A stretch of DNA of 64,000 nt from positions 11,141 to 75,140 of the forward strand of contig CAXRAW010000052.1 in the NCBI GenBank assembly GCA_964228785.1. The letters are read 5' to 3'. Below the pieces are notes generated by a model. The model had not been told where the DNA came from, did not search any database, and saw only the letters and a list, made by a program, of their open reading frames with translations. This document shows, one piece after another, positions 41,712-52,448 of the stretch. The translations under genes and the position numbers were made by a program. Every line of letters begins with the position of its first letter. The stretch's first letter is position 1. Source of the stretch: Flavobacteriaceae bacterium (GTDB taxonomy: Bacteria > Bacteroidota > Bacteroidia > Flavobacteriales > Flavobacteriaceae).

Positions 41712-42178
41712 TTGCTTTTTTTTACGACTTTAGATTCTTTTATCATTTTTTCTTCAGGAACAAAGTTATTCGTGTTCTTCTTACGATTTTTTGTGCGAAC
41801 TTTTTTTAGAGAATCCCGTCTGGTAGAGTCTTTTATCTTTTTTTGTTTGGCATACAAAGACCTATCTTTTTCAAGAGAGGCCAATACCTTTTTTAACATT
41901 GGCTCGTAAAGATCTATTTTAGAGGTATAATAAAGATTGCTTCTTTGAAATCTGTTGCTATCAATTTTGTGTTTTTCATATACCAGAGGAATGTAGCTAA
42001 ATTTGCGCTGTAGATTTTTATTTTTGAAGTTCTTTGCTGAGGTTGCTAGATATAAATCTCTTAGTAATACAACCATAGAATCTTCAGAAATCAAATCTTC
42101 TGGCTTCTTATAGATAGTATTGCTTGTGCATGATAACACAAGAAAGAATGTTCCTAATATCATTGAGATAGTCCTCAT
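41705..42178 (-). CDS. DUF4296-like lipoprotein
   Basis: VLSC lipobox, KPEDLISEDSM, IDS..F..SNLYY. Confidence 0.75.
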   Translation of the reverse strand: MRTISMILGTFFLVLSCTSNTIYKKPEDLISEDSMVVLLRDLYLATSAKNFKNKNLQRKFSYIPLVYEKHKIDSNRFQRSNLYYTSKIDLYEPMLKKVLASLEKDRSLYAKQKKIKDSTRRDSLKKVRTKNRKKNTNNFVPEEKMIKESKVVKKSNQ

Positions 42179-43515
42179 AACTCTCGATTAAATGTAATTC
42201 TCTTTCCTTTAATTTTGTCATTAAAAGCCCCATTATCGTAAATCAAAGCCCCATTCACAAAAGTATGTGTTACTGTAGAGGAGAAGGTAGTTCCTTCAAA
42301 GGGAGACCAACCACATTTGTACAAAATGGTGTCTTTATTTACAGTCTGAGTTTTTTTATCATCCAAAAGAACAAGGTCTGCAAAATAACCCTCTCTAATA
42401 AAACCTCGTTTTTCTATCTGAAAGATTTTGGCAGGATTATGACAGGCTTTTTCCACGAGTTTCTCCATTGTCCAGACTCCTTCTTTTACCTTCTCTACAA
42501 GTGCTAGAAGTGCATGCTGTACCAGAGGGCCTCCACTGGGAGCTTTTGTATAAGACCGCTGCTTCTCCTCTAGGGTGTGGGGAGCATGATCGGTGGCTAT
42601 AACATCTAGACGATCATCTAGTAAGGCTTCCCACAAGGCCGCTCTATCGGTTGCTTTTTTTACTGCTGGATTCCATTTAATAAGGGTGCCCTTGTCTTTG
42701 TAGTCTTCCTCTGAGAACCACAGGTGATGCACACACACTTCAGCAGTAATTTGCTTTTTTTCTAAAGGAATGTCATTTCTAAACAAGACCATTTCTTTGG
42801 CAGTAGATAGATGGAAGATATGCAGTCGGGCACCTGTCTTCTTTGCCAGTTCTATGGCCTTAGAAGAAGAAAGATAACAGGCCTTATCACTCCTAATTAC
42901 TGGATGTAGCTCAACAGGAATATCATCGCCATAAATGGACTTGTAGTGCAGAGTATTTGCTTTGATAGTCGCTTCATCCTCGCAGTGTACAGAAATAATC
43001 AGTTTTGTAGAAGAAAAAATATCCTCTAAGACTTCGGGATTGTCCACTAACATATTCCCCGTTGAAGATCCCAAAAATAATTTGATGCCAGCCACATTCT
43101 TTGGATTTGTTTTAAGCAATTCTTCTAGGTTGTCATTGGTTCCTCCAAACATAAATGAGTAATTGACGTAGGAAGATTTTTCCGCAATATCAAACTTTTC
43201 CTGTAGTAATTTTTGTGTTGTTGCTTGGGGAATAGTGTTCGGTTGCTCTATAAAAGTTGTGATTCCTCCAGAGACTGCAGCCCTGCTCTCTGTAGCGATA
43301 TTTGCTTTGTGAGTAAGTCCAGGTTCTCTAAAATGAACTTGATCATCGATAAGCCCTGGAATTAGGAACTTATCCTTTGCATCCAAAAGTGGAATACCTT
43401 CTTTAAAAATGTTAGACCCTGTTTGCTGGATAATTCCATTTTCAACAAGAACATCGCCGTGTAGTATGGTACCTTCATTAACAATTCTAGCGTTTTTAAT
43501 CAGATATGAGTTCAT
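42175..43515 (-). CDS. pyrC: Dihydroorotase
   Basis: DDQVHFREPG, VHCE, KWNP, ATDHAPH. Confidence 0.9.
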   Translation of the reverse strand: MNSYLIKNARIVNEGTILHGDVLVENGIIQQTGSNIFKEGIPLLDAKDKFLIPGLIDDQVHFREPGLTHKANIATESRAAVSGGITTFIEQPNTIPQATTQKLLQEKFDIAEKSSYVNYSFMFGGTNDNLEELLKTNPKNVAGIKLFLGSSTGNMLVDNPEVLEDIFSSTKLIISVHCEDEATIKANTLHYKSIYGDDIPVELHPVIRSDKACYLSSSKAIELAKKTGARLHIFHLSTAKEMVLFRNDIPLEKKQITAEVCVHHLWFSEEDYKDKGTLIKWNPAVKKATDRAALWEALLDDRLDVIATDHAPHTLEEKQRSYTKAPSGGPLVQHALLALVEKVKEGVWTMEKLVEKACHNPAKIFQIEKRGFIREGYFADLVLLDDKKTQTVNKDTILYKCGWSPFEGTTFSSTVTHTFVNGALIYDNGAFNDKIKGKRITFNREL

Positions 43516-44228
43516 CGCAGTCCTTTTAATCTCATTTTAATCACACCAAACAGGGCTTCATGTACAATCCCACCACTCATTTTAGACTCTCCTGCTGTTC
43601 TATCAGTAAAAATTACTGAAACCTCCTGAATGTTAAACTGATGTTTCCATGATTTAAATTTCATTTCAATTTGAAAAGCATAACCCACAAAACGGATCTT
43701 ATCAAGTTGAATTGTCTCCAAGACAGAACGTTTATAACATACAAATCCAGCAGTCGTGTCGTGTACTGGAAGTCCTGTAACAAAACGCACGTATTTAGAA
43801 GCAAAATAAGAGAGCAAGACTCTTTTCATAGGCCAGTTTACCACGTTCACTCCTTTAGAATATCGCGACCCTACGGAAACGTCAGCTCCGTTTTTTGCAC
43901 AGGCATTGTATAGTCGAATCAAATCTTCTGGATTGTGAGAGAAATCTGCATCCATTTCAATAATGTACTCATAACTTTTTGCGAGACCCCATTTAAAACC
44001 GTGTATGTAGGCAGTACCTAAACCATTTTTGCCTTTTCGTTCCTCGATAAAAAGTTGATTGGGATGTTTTTTTATTAAGGTTTTAACAATTTCTCCTGTC
44101 CCGTCAGGAGAGTTGTCATCTACCACAAGTATGTGGAAGTCTTTCTCTTGATTAAAGATAGCATGAATGATCCCTTCAATGTTTTCTCTCTCATTGTAGG
44201 TAGGAATAATAACAAGTGCATCTGCCAT
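43512..44228 (-). CDS. Polyprenol monophosphomannose synthase (GT2)
   Basis: IIPTYNE, VDDNSPDGT, MDADFSH, GSRY; start moved to MADALV. Confidence 0.9.
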   Translation of the reverse strand: MADALVIIPTYNERENIEGIIHAIFNQEKDFHILVVDDNSPDGTGEIVKTLIKKHPNQLFIEERKGKNGLGTAYIHGFKWGLAKSYEYIIEMDADFSHNPEDLIRLYNACAKNGADVSVGSRYSKGVNVVNWPMKRVLLSYFASKYVRFVTGLPVHDTTAGFVCYKRSVLETIQLDKIRFVGYAFQIEMKFKSWKHQFNIQEVSVIFTDRTAGESKMSGGIVHEALFGVIKMRLKGLR

Positions 44229-44609
44229 AAAACGATCAAGTGAGATCACAAAGATACATTTTTTTACTCCCAAAAATTTTAGTGAGGACGCTAAAGTTTA
44301 TTTAAAAAAATACTAAAAAACAGTGTCTTTAGTCAAAGATACAGTTGGATTTAAAATATCACTGCAGTAGAAAATCCGAAGGGATTCATTCAAAAAATCA
44401 CGTACTTTTGCTGGGGTAGCATTGATAAAGCCCTTTTTGATAGATTGACCAAAAAATCCAATATCTCGACAAAAGGAAATGCTTAAAATCAAACATCTAA
44501 TGTAAATCTAAACGTGTGAAACCCTCATCGAGGGATTGGTCGAATAAAGGTCGACGCCTAAATGAGAGGAAATAGTTAAATGCTAAATAGTTAGTATAAA
44601 TTTAAACGT

Positions 44610-45287
44610 GTGAAATATCTCTTAACACAAGCAAATGAACGAGTAATCGTGTCCTATGATTGGATTACTGCAATATTTGTGTTGTGTTTGCTCATTTTAT
44701 TTTTACTCAAACTATTTAATGCTGAGAAGATGAAAGGGTATGCATTGTCTATTTTCAATAGAGGGTTCATAGAGATCAATGTACAGGAAAAGAAGCCATT
44801 TTTAGGCATCTTTGACCTGAGCTTTCTTTTCTTTTCATTCGTAAACATATCACTGTCGTCCTATTTTTTACTCAGCTATAGTCAAGGAAAGTGGATGTTT
44901 TCTTTTTTAGAATTTTCTCAAGTTGCATCGTATATTTTAGTCTATATCTTGGGAAGAATTATAGTAGAAAACCTCCTTTTAAATCTTTTTCAAATAACAG
45001 AGCAACTGAGCTGTTTTTTTATCTCTAAAAGAGTGTATTTATGCTCCATCTCTATTGGAATATTCTTTTTAAACCTGTGTTGCTTTTACGGATTTGAAAA
45101 TGCAAAGGGAGACTTTACGTGGATTGTATTGCTATCGATAGGAATTGCTGCATTATTTTTAGTTCGATTTGTAATTATTTTGATATACAACAAAAATCTA
45201 ATCCTAAAAGAGTTGTTTTATTTTATTTTGTACCTTTGCGCCTTCGAAATACCACCGTTATTGGTGGTATTAAAGCTGATGATATAA
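44610..45287 (+). CDS. DUF4271-like membrane protein
   Basis: DWIT near N-terminus and FYFILYLCAFEIPP; adjacent to hemD. Confidence 0.75.
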   Translation: MKYLLTQANERVIVSYDWITAIFVLCLLILFLLKLFNAEKMKGYALSIFNRGFIEINVQEKKPFLGIFDLSFLFFSFVNISLSSYFLLSYSQGKWMFSFLEFSQVASYILVYILGRIIVENLLLNLFQITEQLSCFFISKRVYLCSISIGIFFLNLCCFYGFENAKGDFTWIVLLSIGIAALFLVRFVIILIYNKNLILKELFYFILYLCAFEIPPLLVVLKLMI

Positions 45288-45305
45288 TTAAAGAAGCTGT
45301 AGATT

Positions 45306-46052
45306 ATGAAAGTGAAAACTATATTGGTTTCCCAGCCAGCACCTAAGACAGAGACATCCCCTTATTTGGAACTTTCTGAAAAGCAAAAAGTGAAGATAGA
45401 TTTCAGACCTTTCATTCATATAGAGGGTGTGAACTCCAAAGAAGTCAGAACACAAAAAATCGATTTGTCTAAGTTCACTGCCATCATTCTAACAAGTAGA
45501 AATGCTGTAGATCATTTTTTTAGGATTGCAGAAGAGATGCGTTTTAAAGTTCCAGACACTATGAAGTATTTTTGTCAGTCTGAAGCTGTAGCCTATTATC
45601 TACAAAAATATGTTGTGTATAGAAAGCGTAAGATTTACGTGGGAACAAGAACATTTTCAGAATTGCTGAAACTCATCAAAAAGCATAAAAATGAAAAATT
45701 CTTACTGCCGTCATCTGATAAATTAAAACCACTCATTCCCGTAGAGTTAGACTCCCTTGGGGTTCAATGGAAAAGAGCAATTTTGTACAAAACCGTTGTT
45801 AGTGATCTGTCCGATTTAGAAGACGTATTCTATGATGTTTTGGTATTTTTTAGTCCATCGGGAATTGACTCTCTCTTTAAAAATTTCCCCAATTTTAAAC
45901 AAAACAGTACGAGGATCGCAGTATTTGGGAATTCAACTGTTAAAGCAGCCAACGAAGCAGGTTTAAAATGTAATATTACTGCACCAACACCAGAGACACC
46001 GTCTATGACAATGGCATTAGAGAGGTACATCAAACAGGTAAATAAGAGATAA
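45306..46052 (+). CDS. hemD: Uroporphyrinogen-III synthase family protein
   Basis: ILVSQPAP, TSRNAV, FFSPSG. Confidence 0.85.
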   Translation: MKVKTILVSQPAPKTETSPYLELSEKQKVKIDFRPFIHIEGVNSKEVRTQKIDLSKFTAIILTSRNAVDHFFRIAEEMRFKVPDTMKYFCQSEAVAYYLQKYVVYRKRKIYVGTRTFSELLKLIKKHKNEKFLLPSSDKLKPLIPVELDSLGVQWKRAILYKTVVSDLSDLEDVFYDVLVFFSPSGIDSLFKNFPNFKQNSTRIAVFGNSTVKAANEAGLKCNITAPTPETPSMTMALERYIKQVNKR

Positions 46053-46087
46053 AAACCTCTTCTAATAATTTCTAGTTGCTAGAAAGC

Positions 46088-47446
46088 TCAAGCAAATAAC
46101 GCTGCAAAAACTTCATTAATTTTGCCAACTAAGATAAGTTGTATTTCTTCCTCTTGGACAGTAACTTGGTTATACTTGGAAATGACAATGGTCCTATAAC
46201 CTAACTTTCGTGCTTCAGTGATTCGCTGGTCAATCTTAGAGACAGGCCTTATTTCGCCAGCCAAGCCCACTTCCCCAGTAAAGCAGATATGAGGAGAGAT
46301 GGCAATATCTTGATTAGATGACAAGATTGAAGCAACAACAGCAAGATCAATAGCAGGGTCATCAACAGAAATACCTCCTGTAATATTAAGAAAGACATCT
46401 TTAGTCCCCAACTTAAAACCTGCGCGTTTTTCTAAAACAGCCAGTACCATGTGAAGCCGTTTTAGATTATAGCCTGTAGTCGTTCGCTGTGGAGTTCCAT
46501 AGACCGCACTACTCACCAGAGCCTGAATTTCGATCATCAACGGCCGAATCCCTTCTAAGGTCGATGCAATCGCTGTTCCGCTAAGATCGGCATCCTTCTT
46601 TGAAATAAGTATTTCAGATGGGTTGGAAACTTCGTGCAATCCATTTGATCGCATTTCGTAGATGCCTAACTCTGCCGTAGAGCCAAATCGGTTTTTTTGT
46701 GATCTCAGAATTCTGTAAGCATGATTTCGATCGCCTTCAAACTGAAGTACCACATCTACCATGTGTTCCAAAATTTTAGGCCCTGCTATCTGTCCCTCTT
46801 TGTTGATGTGACCAATGAGCAGCACAGGAGTAGCAGTTTCCTTGGCATATTTAATCAGTTCAGCTGTGGTTTCTCTAATTTGAGAAATGCTCCCAGGAGA
46901 AGCATCAATAGAATTTGTATGCAGTGTTTGAATGGAATCAATGACCAGTACGTTTGGCTCTATCTCTTCAATACTTCGAAAAATATTTTGTGTATTCGTT
47001 TCAGTAAGAATTAAACACTCTGAAGAACGATTTATCAGCCGTTCTGCTCGCATTTTAACCTGCGACTGACTTTCCTCACCAGAGACATACAACACTTTTT
47101 GTGGAATAGAAAGAGCTATTTGTAGTAGTAAAGTAGATTTCCCAATACCTGGTTCGCCACCAAGTAAAGTAACCGAACCACGCACTAACCCACCACCCAA
47201 AACAGGATCTAATTCTGAGTTATTGGTTGAAATTCGTTCCTCAGGATTAAGAACAATCTCATTAATTTTAAGCGGCTTAGAGACTCCTTTAGCAGAAGTA
47301 GATTGTTTCCACTCTCGTTGTACTTCTTTTTGAACTACTTCCTCTACAATCGTATTCCATTCACCACAAATAGTACATTGTCCCATCCATTTGGCGTGTT
47401 GAGTTCCGCAATTCTGGCAGAAAAAAGAGGTCTTAGTTTTAGTCAT
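46088..47446 (-). CDS. radA: DNA repair protein RadA/Sms
   Basis: C4 zinc finger, GEPGIGKST, KNRFG. Confidence 0.97.
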   Translation of the reverse strand: MTKTKTSFFCQNCGTQHAKWMGQCTICGEWNTIVEEVVQKEVQREWKQSTSAKGVSKPLKINEIVLNPEERISTNNSELDPVLGGGLVRGSVTLLGGEPGIGKSTLLLQIALSIPQKVLYVSGEESQSQVKMRAERLINRSSECLILTETNTQNIFRSIEEIEPNVLVIDSIQTLHTNSIDASPGSISQIRETTAELIKYAKETATPVLLIGHINKEGQIAGPKILEHMVDVVLQFEGDRNHAYRILRSQKNRFGSTAELGIYEMRSNGLHEVSNPSEILISKKDADLSGTAIASTLEGIRPLMIEIQALVSSAVYGTPQRTTTGYNLKRLHMVLAVLEKRAGFKLGTKDVFLNITGGISVDDPAIDLAVVASILSSNQDIAISPHICFTGEVGLAGEIRPVSKIDQRITEARKLGYRTIVISKYNQVTVQEEEIQLILVGKINEVFAALFA

Positions 47447-47477
47447 CCAGTAAATGATTTACACACAAAAAAGAAAA

Positions 47478-48440
47478 TTACTGCTGTTTATTGTATATGG
47501 GAAGCAACAAGAATGACAACCCTCCAAAGAAAATCACCATAGCTGTTTGCGATCCCCACATCATCCAACCAAATGAATCGCTGAGCTCCTTAGAGACACC
47601 AAACAAGACAAATGCCGCACTCACAGAGACCGGATAAGATCCAATCCCGCCAGGTGTTGCAACAATACTAAATGCCCCTGCAATAAAACCTACTAAGATA
47701 GCACCAATAGGAACAGATAACCCATCAATAGAGAAGGTCACCACCCAAAACATAAGAATGTACATGATCCAAATAAAGATGGTGTGGAAGATAAACAACC
47801 ATTTCTTTTTCATTTTAAAGATACTCAACATACCTTCAACCAAACCATTTAACATATTCTTGATCTTTAAACCAAACCCCGATGTTGCTTTTTTGACATA
47901 AACAAAAAAAACCATTGTCCCGAAGACTAAGATACCAAAGAAAACCCACAGCCACCAAGAATTCGCATCCACATCATCTTTTTTGGTCAAGAGTCCAAGA
48001 ATAAAATCGAATTGTAAAAATAACGTAACAATCACAACCACAACCAGCATTAGTAAATCTGCTACCCGCTCTGCAACAATAGTTCCAAAGCTTTTCTCAA
48101 AAGGAATACCTTCATAGTTGGTAAGTACCAATGCCCTAGAAGCCTCTCCTGCTCTAGGAATAGTGTAATTGACCAAGTAACCAACCAATACAGCCAATAC
48201 ATTATTAGCAAGCCTTGGTGTATAGCCCATGGGTTCCAGCATAAAACTCCATCTGTACGCCCTTGAAGTATGACTCAAAATTCCAAATAACAAACTTAGC
48301 CCTATCCACCAGTAATTGGCATTTTTTAGATCCGCAGTAAACTTGTTAAAATCAATATCAGAAAAAGAATACCAAACCAAAAATCCGCCAAAAACGAAAG
48401 GAATGATCATCTTCAAGGACTTCTTAAAAGTTAGATTCAA
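47478..48440 (-). CDS. Lysylphosphatidylglycerol synthase TM/flippase-like protein
   Basis: RAYRW, IPRAGE, ERVAD, TPGGIGSY. Confidence 0.85.
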   Translation of the reverse strand: MNLTFKKSLKMIIPFVFGGFLVWYSFSDIDFNKFTADLKNANYWWIGLSLLFGILSHTSRAYRWSFMLEPMGYTPRLANNVLAVLVGYLVNYTIPRAGEASRALVLTNYEGIPFEKSFGTIVAERVADLLMLVVVVIVTLFLQFDFILGLLTKKDDVDANSWWLWVFFGILVFGTMVFFVYVKKATSGFGLKIKNMLNGLVEGMLSIFKMKKKWLFIFHTIFIWIMYILMFWVVTFSIDGLSVPIGAILVGFIAGAFSIVATPGGIGSYPVSVSAAFVLFGVSKELSDSFGWMMWGSQTAMVIFFGGLSFLLLPIYNKQQ

Positions 48441-48442
48441 AA

Positions 48443-48793
48443 TTACGTGAGTGTATTGGTCATTTCATTAGGGAAAACAAGAGCGGGATCAAACGTTTTT
48501 GCTTCTTCAAAGTCCATAAAAGCATAAGCAATGAGAATCAACACATCACCCACAGCAACCCTTCTTGCCGCAGCACCATTTAATGTGATTTCTCCACTAC
48601 CACAAGCACCAGGAATCACGTAGGTTTCTAATCGTTCACCATTGTTGTTGTTAACGATCTGCACACGTTCACCCTCAATAATATTTGCGGCATCCATAAG
48701 ATCCTTATCAATCGTAATGCTCCCGATATAATTTAAATCAGCACCTGTTACCTTAACGCGGTGGATTTTAGATTTCACTACTTGTACTAACAT
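48443..48793 (-). CDS. panD: Aspartate 1-decarboxylase
   Basis: [26 protein letters not shown]. Confidence 0.97.
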   Translation of the reverse strand: MLVQVVKSKIHRVKVTGADLNYIGSITIDKDLMDAANIIEGERVQIVNNNNGERLETYVIPGACGSGEITLNGAAARRVAVGDVLILIAYAFMDFEEAKTFDPALVFPNEMTNTLT

Positions 48794-48875
48794 AAGGCAA
48801 AAGTACTATTTTTTTGATTCTGAAAATGGATAATAAAACTAAAAAAGGCAAGCTTAGATACGCGTTCTTCTTTAA

Positions 48876-48960
48876 GGGCGTTCCCCTTTGGGTCGCGCTA
48901 TCCGCTATATCTTTTTTGCACTTTACAGGCAAAAAAGGATGCCGCTGCTATCGCTAACGC
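48876..48960. repeat. Flavo-1-like structured intergenic repeat, copy 2 (inverted relative to copies 1 and 3)
   Basis: GGGCGTTCCCCTTTGGGTCGCGCTATCCGCTATATCTTTTTTGC...GCAAAAAAGGATGCCGCTGCTATCGCTAACGC. Confidence 0.8.
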
Positions 48961-49101
48961 AGCATTCAAATATCCTTTAGGCCAAACAAAAAAATCACGG
49001 TAAATAGCAGCATTTCGTTTAATGACTCTAACAAGGTCAAATCAGACAAGCAGAATACAGTTGTAAATTGGTCACAAGAACCCTTCGTTTTAAAAAATTC
49101 T

Positions 49102-49950
49102 CTATCCCCAAAGCGCAATATTATCAATCAACCGAACGGAACCGACCTTAACCGCTATAAAAGCCCTGTAGCAAATTTTAGGATCAATAATTGTAGCTGT
49201 TTGCAGCGTACTTTCATCAGCAATAATAAAATATTTCAGGGAAAAGAGAGGGTGGTCCTTGAATTGAAGACAGACCCATTGATGAATATCCTCAAGCGAA
49301 TGATTTGTCGTCATTTCTCTAACAACGGTCAAAACACGATAGATCAAAGCGGCTTCCTGTCTTGCACTTTTAGACAACCGTTCATTTCGAGAACTCATGG
49401 CAAGTCCGTTGTACTCTCTAAAAATAGAACACCCAATAATTTGTATAGGAAGTTGATATTTTTCAACCATCTTACGGATAATTAGCAACTGCTGAAAGTC
49501 TTTCTCTCCAAAATAGGCACGAGTAGGATTTATCATCTCAAATAGCAATTTAACAACTGTTCCCACACCATTAAAATGCCCTGATCTAAACGCTCCCTCC
49601 ATTGTATCCTCCAAGCCATCAAAATCAAACTGCAACGTAGAGCTATTTTTTGAATACATTTCATCCACAGATGGAGTAAAAACTACATCGCAGCCTTCAT
49701 CTTCTAATAATCTTAAATCACTCGATAAGGTTCGTGGATATCTTTCCAAATCATCCTTTTTGTCAAATTGAATGGGATTTACAAAAATGCTCACCACGCT
49801 AATAGAGTTATTCTTTTTGCACTCTCTCAACAACGAGAGATGACCTTCGTGAAGAGCTCCCATTGTAGGAACAAATCCTATCTGCTTTGCGCATAGCGAA
49901 GAATTATTTAGGTGGGTTTTAAGCGCTTCCTTAGTGGTAAAAACCTTCAT
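49102..49950 (-). CDS. panC: Pantoate--beta-alanine ligase
   Basis: VPTMGALHEGH, FGEKDFQQ, GLAMSSRN, RLIDN. Confidence 0.97.
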   Translation of the reverse strand: MKVFTTKEALKTHLNNSSLCAKQIGFVPTMGALHEGHLSLLRECKKNNSISVVSIFVNPIQFDKKDDLERYPRTLSSDLRLLEDEGCDVVFTPSVDEMYSKNSSTLQFDFDGLEDTMEGAFRSGHFNGVGTVVKLLFEMINPTRAYFGEKDFQQLLIIRKMVEKYQLPIQIIGCSIFREYNGLAMSSRNERLSKSARQEAALIYRVLTVVREMTTNHSLEDIHQWVCLQFKDHPLFSLKYFIIADESTLQTATIIDPKICYRAFIAVKVGSVRLIDNIALWG

Positions 49951-50045
49951 GTGTAGTTCCTGTGAATCTGTGCAAACTTAGCATTTTAACATGGATTTTG
50001 CATAATAATTCGTAGTTTTGCAGCCATATCAAAGGCATAGATTTA

Positions 50046-50855
50046 ATGAAAGATAAGAGAATACTATACGTTTCGTCAGAAGTTGTCCCCTACCTACCAG
50101 AAACAGAAATTGCATCTACAGCATTTAACGTTGCAAAAAAAGCACACGGAAACGGAATACAGACAAGAATATTTATGCCACGTTTTGGGGTAATCAACGA
50201 GAGAAGACATCAATTACATGAAGTCATTCGTTTGTCTGGGATGAATTTAATAATTAATGACATGGACATGCCGCTAATTATTAAAGTGGCTTCTATTCCT
50301 AAAGAGAGAATGCAAGTGTACTTCATAGACAACGACGAATATTTTAAAAGAAAAGCAGTATTTACTGATGAAGATGACCAATTATTCTCCGATAATGACG
50401 AGAGAGCGATCTTTTTTGCAAAAGGCGTTATAGAAACAGTAAAAAAGTTAAATTGGGCTCCAGACATAATTCATGTTCATGGTTGGATGGCGTCGCTATT
50501 ACCGCTTTACCTAAAAAAATATTATGGCGAAGAACCATTATTTGCAGAAAGTAAAATTGTAACCTCAGTCTATGACAATGGTTTTGAAGGCGTTCTAAAC
50601 AAAGAACTTTTAGACAAGTTAAAATTTGATAAATTAGACGAGTTAAATATCAGTAGCCTAGAAACCCCAAGCTATCCAAATATTATCAAATGTGCTATTG
50701 ATAATTCTGATGCAATAGTACAAGGAAGCAATTCACTTTCAAAAGAACTGCAAGATTACATCAATGACAGTTCAACACACCAACTTTCATTTCAACATGA
50801 GGACTCCTTTGACCCCTATTTAAACTTTTACAAAGAACTCATATCCCAGGAATAA
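50046..50855 (+). CDS. Glycogen/starch synthase N-terminal-domain (GT5) protein
   Basis: ILYVSSEVVP, FMPRFG, DNDERAIFF, PDIIHVHGW. Confidence 0.85.
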   Translation: MKDKRILYVSSEVVPYLPETEIASTAFNVAKKAHGNGIQTRIFMPRFGVINERRHQLHEVIRLSGMNLIINDMDMPLIIKVASIPKERMQVYFIDNDEYFKRKAVFTDEDDQLFSDNDERAIFFAKGVIETVKKLNWAPDIIHVHGWMASLLPLYLKKYYGEEPLFAESKIVTSVYDNGFEGVLNKELLDKLKFDKLDELNISSLETPSYPNIIKCAIDNSDAIVQGSNSLSKELQDYINDSSTHQLSFQHEDSFDPYLNFYKELISQE

Positions 50856-50869
50856 TTGACAAAGTAGTT

Positions 50870-52432
50870 ATGATCAAAAAAATGGCAAAATCATTGCTTT
50901 GTGTGGGTTGTTTTACCCTCTTAGCAAGCGTTGTGATCTCATGTGAAGAAGACTTTACAGACATTGGTACGACCATTGTTAGTAATAATGAATTTTCAAC
51001 TGGAGATACTGTCCTAGAAGTAATTGTTACAGGAAAGAATGTTGAAACTGTAAGAGCAGATGGGTTAGCGATTGGGGGGTCTTTAGGCCAATATTTATTA
51101 GGTGTTTACAACAATGCAAACTATAAAAAAATAGAAGCTTCTATCATCTCGCAATTACAAATACCCACGAATCTGAGACTTGTGGACAACGAATACCTAT
51201 CAGATACCACCGTTGTCACTACAATAGATACCGTATTTCTAAAGTTACCATACCAAGCAACCCTTAGTGGAACAGACGCCACTGGACCAGATTTCCAACT
51301 TGATTCAATCATAGGAGACCAGAGCCAGTCATTTACCTTAAATGTATTCAGACTTCAGACGTATCTTAATTCCCTGAACCCAACAGATCCCTCGGTCGGG
51401 AATGAATTTTATTCCGATCAATCCTATGAAATAGACAGTGAAAAACTCAACCATTTTGAAGACTTTGAATTCTTCCCAAATAGAAGAGATACTGCACGAT
51501 ATGTTCTAAGGAGATTAAACTCTGGTGACATCTATGGAACTGACACTATTCGATACACAAATTCAAACCCTTATATTAACATTCCACTAAAAAAATCTAG
51601 AATAAAAGAACTTTTTCTAGATCAGTATGAAAGTGATGGTTTTACCTCCCAAGACGCATTTAACAACTACTTTAGAGGTCTAAAAATTCAAGCTAGGGGA
51701 AATGAAGGCTCTATGGTGTCGTTAAGTTTTACAAACACCACACTCCAACCTATGGTTGAGATCTATTACACCAATACTGTGTACAGAAATAGTGGGACTG
51801 TAATTATCGATACAATTAAAAAAACAGATAGCTTTCTGCTTTCTGGAATTAGAAACAGTGAATATAAAATGTCCCCTGGACCAACACCTCCTTCAGGTAA
51901 GATTCCAATCCAAGGAACAGCAGGAAGTATGGCTCAGGTAGAAATTCTTTCAAGCGATCAATTAGATAACCTAAGATCACAAGACTGGCTAGTTAATGAT
52001 GCAACATTAACGCTTTACGTTGATAAAGCAACTGTGGGTTCAGATACAATTAACACACCCTTTAGATTATTTGCATTCAAAGACGGCCTAACGGTACAAT
52101 CACAATTGATAGATGCCGTGACAGAAGGTGTTGGAGCAATGGATGGGTTTTTAAATAAAGACAGTAATGGAAACCCAGACAACTATACGTTTAAAATTAC
52201 AGACTATATTTCTGAGCTAATCTCTGGAAATTCACAAGATTTACAACCACTAGGAGTTAAAGTCTTTAGTCCAACAGATGTACCAGTGCCCACCAACCCG
52301 TCAGATACAATCGTAAGGAATTACAGTTGGAATCCCAAGACAGTGATGCTGTTAAATAACGATCCCACCCATGGAGATCGAAGACCAATACTAACAATAT
52401 CATATTCAATTAAAACGTTAGAAGAAGACTAA
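50870..52432 (+). CDS. DUF4270-like lipoprotein
   Basis: VISC lipobox, FNNYFRGL, YTFKITDY; located between GT5 and glmS. Confidence 0.75.
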   Translation: MIKKMAKSLLCVGCFTLLASVVISCEEDFTDIGTTIVSNNEFSTGDTVLEVIVTGKNVETVRADGLAIGGSLGQYLLGVYNNANYKKIEASIISQLQIPTNLRLVDNEYLSDTTVVTTIDTVFLKLPYQATLSGTDATGPDFQLDSIIGDQSQSFTLNVFRLQTYLNSLNPTDPSVGNEFYSDQSYEIDSEKLNHFEDFEFFPNRRDTARYVLRRLNSGDIYGTDTIRYTNSNPYINIPLKKSRIKELFLDQYESDGFTSQDAFNNYFRGLKIQARGNEGSMVSLSFTNTTLQPMVEIYYTNTVYRNSGTVIIDTIKKTDSFLLSGIRNSEYKMSPGPTPPSGKIPIQGTAGSMAQVEILSSDQLDNLRSQDWLVNDATLTLYVDKATVGSDTINTPFRLFAFKDGLTVQSQLIDAVTEGVGAMDGFLNKDSNGNPDNYTFKITDYISELISGNSQDLQPLGVKVFSPTDVPVPTNPSDTIVRNYSWNPKTVMLLNNDPTHGDRRPILTISYSIKTLEED

Positions 52433-52448
52433 ACCAACATTAAAACTT

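Noticed and set aside
52433-52448. glmS ribozyme upstream of glmS
   Set aside because: Only 16 nt separate DUF4270 from glmS; the structured RNA candidate is downstream and much larger
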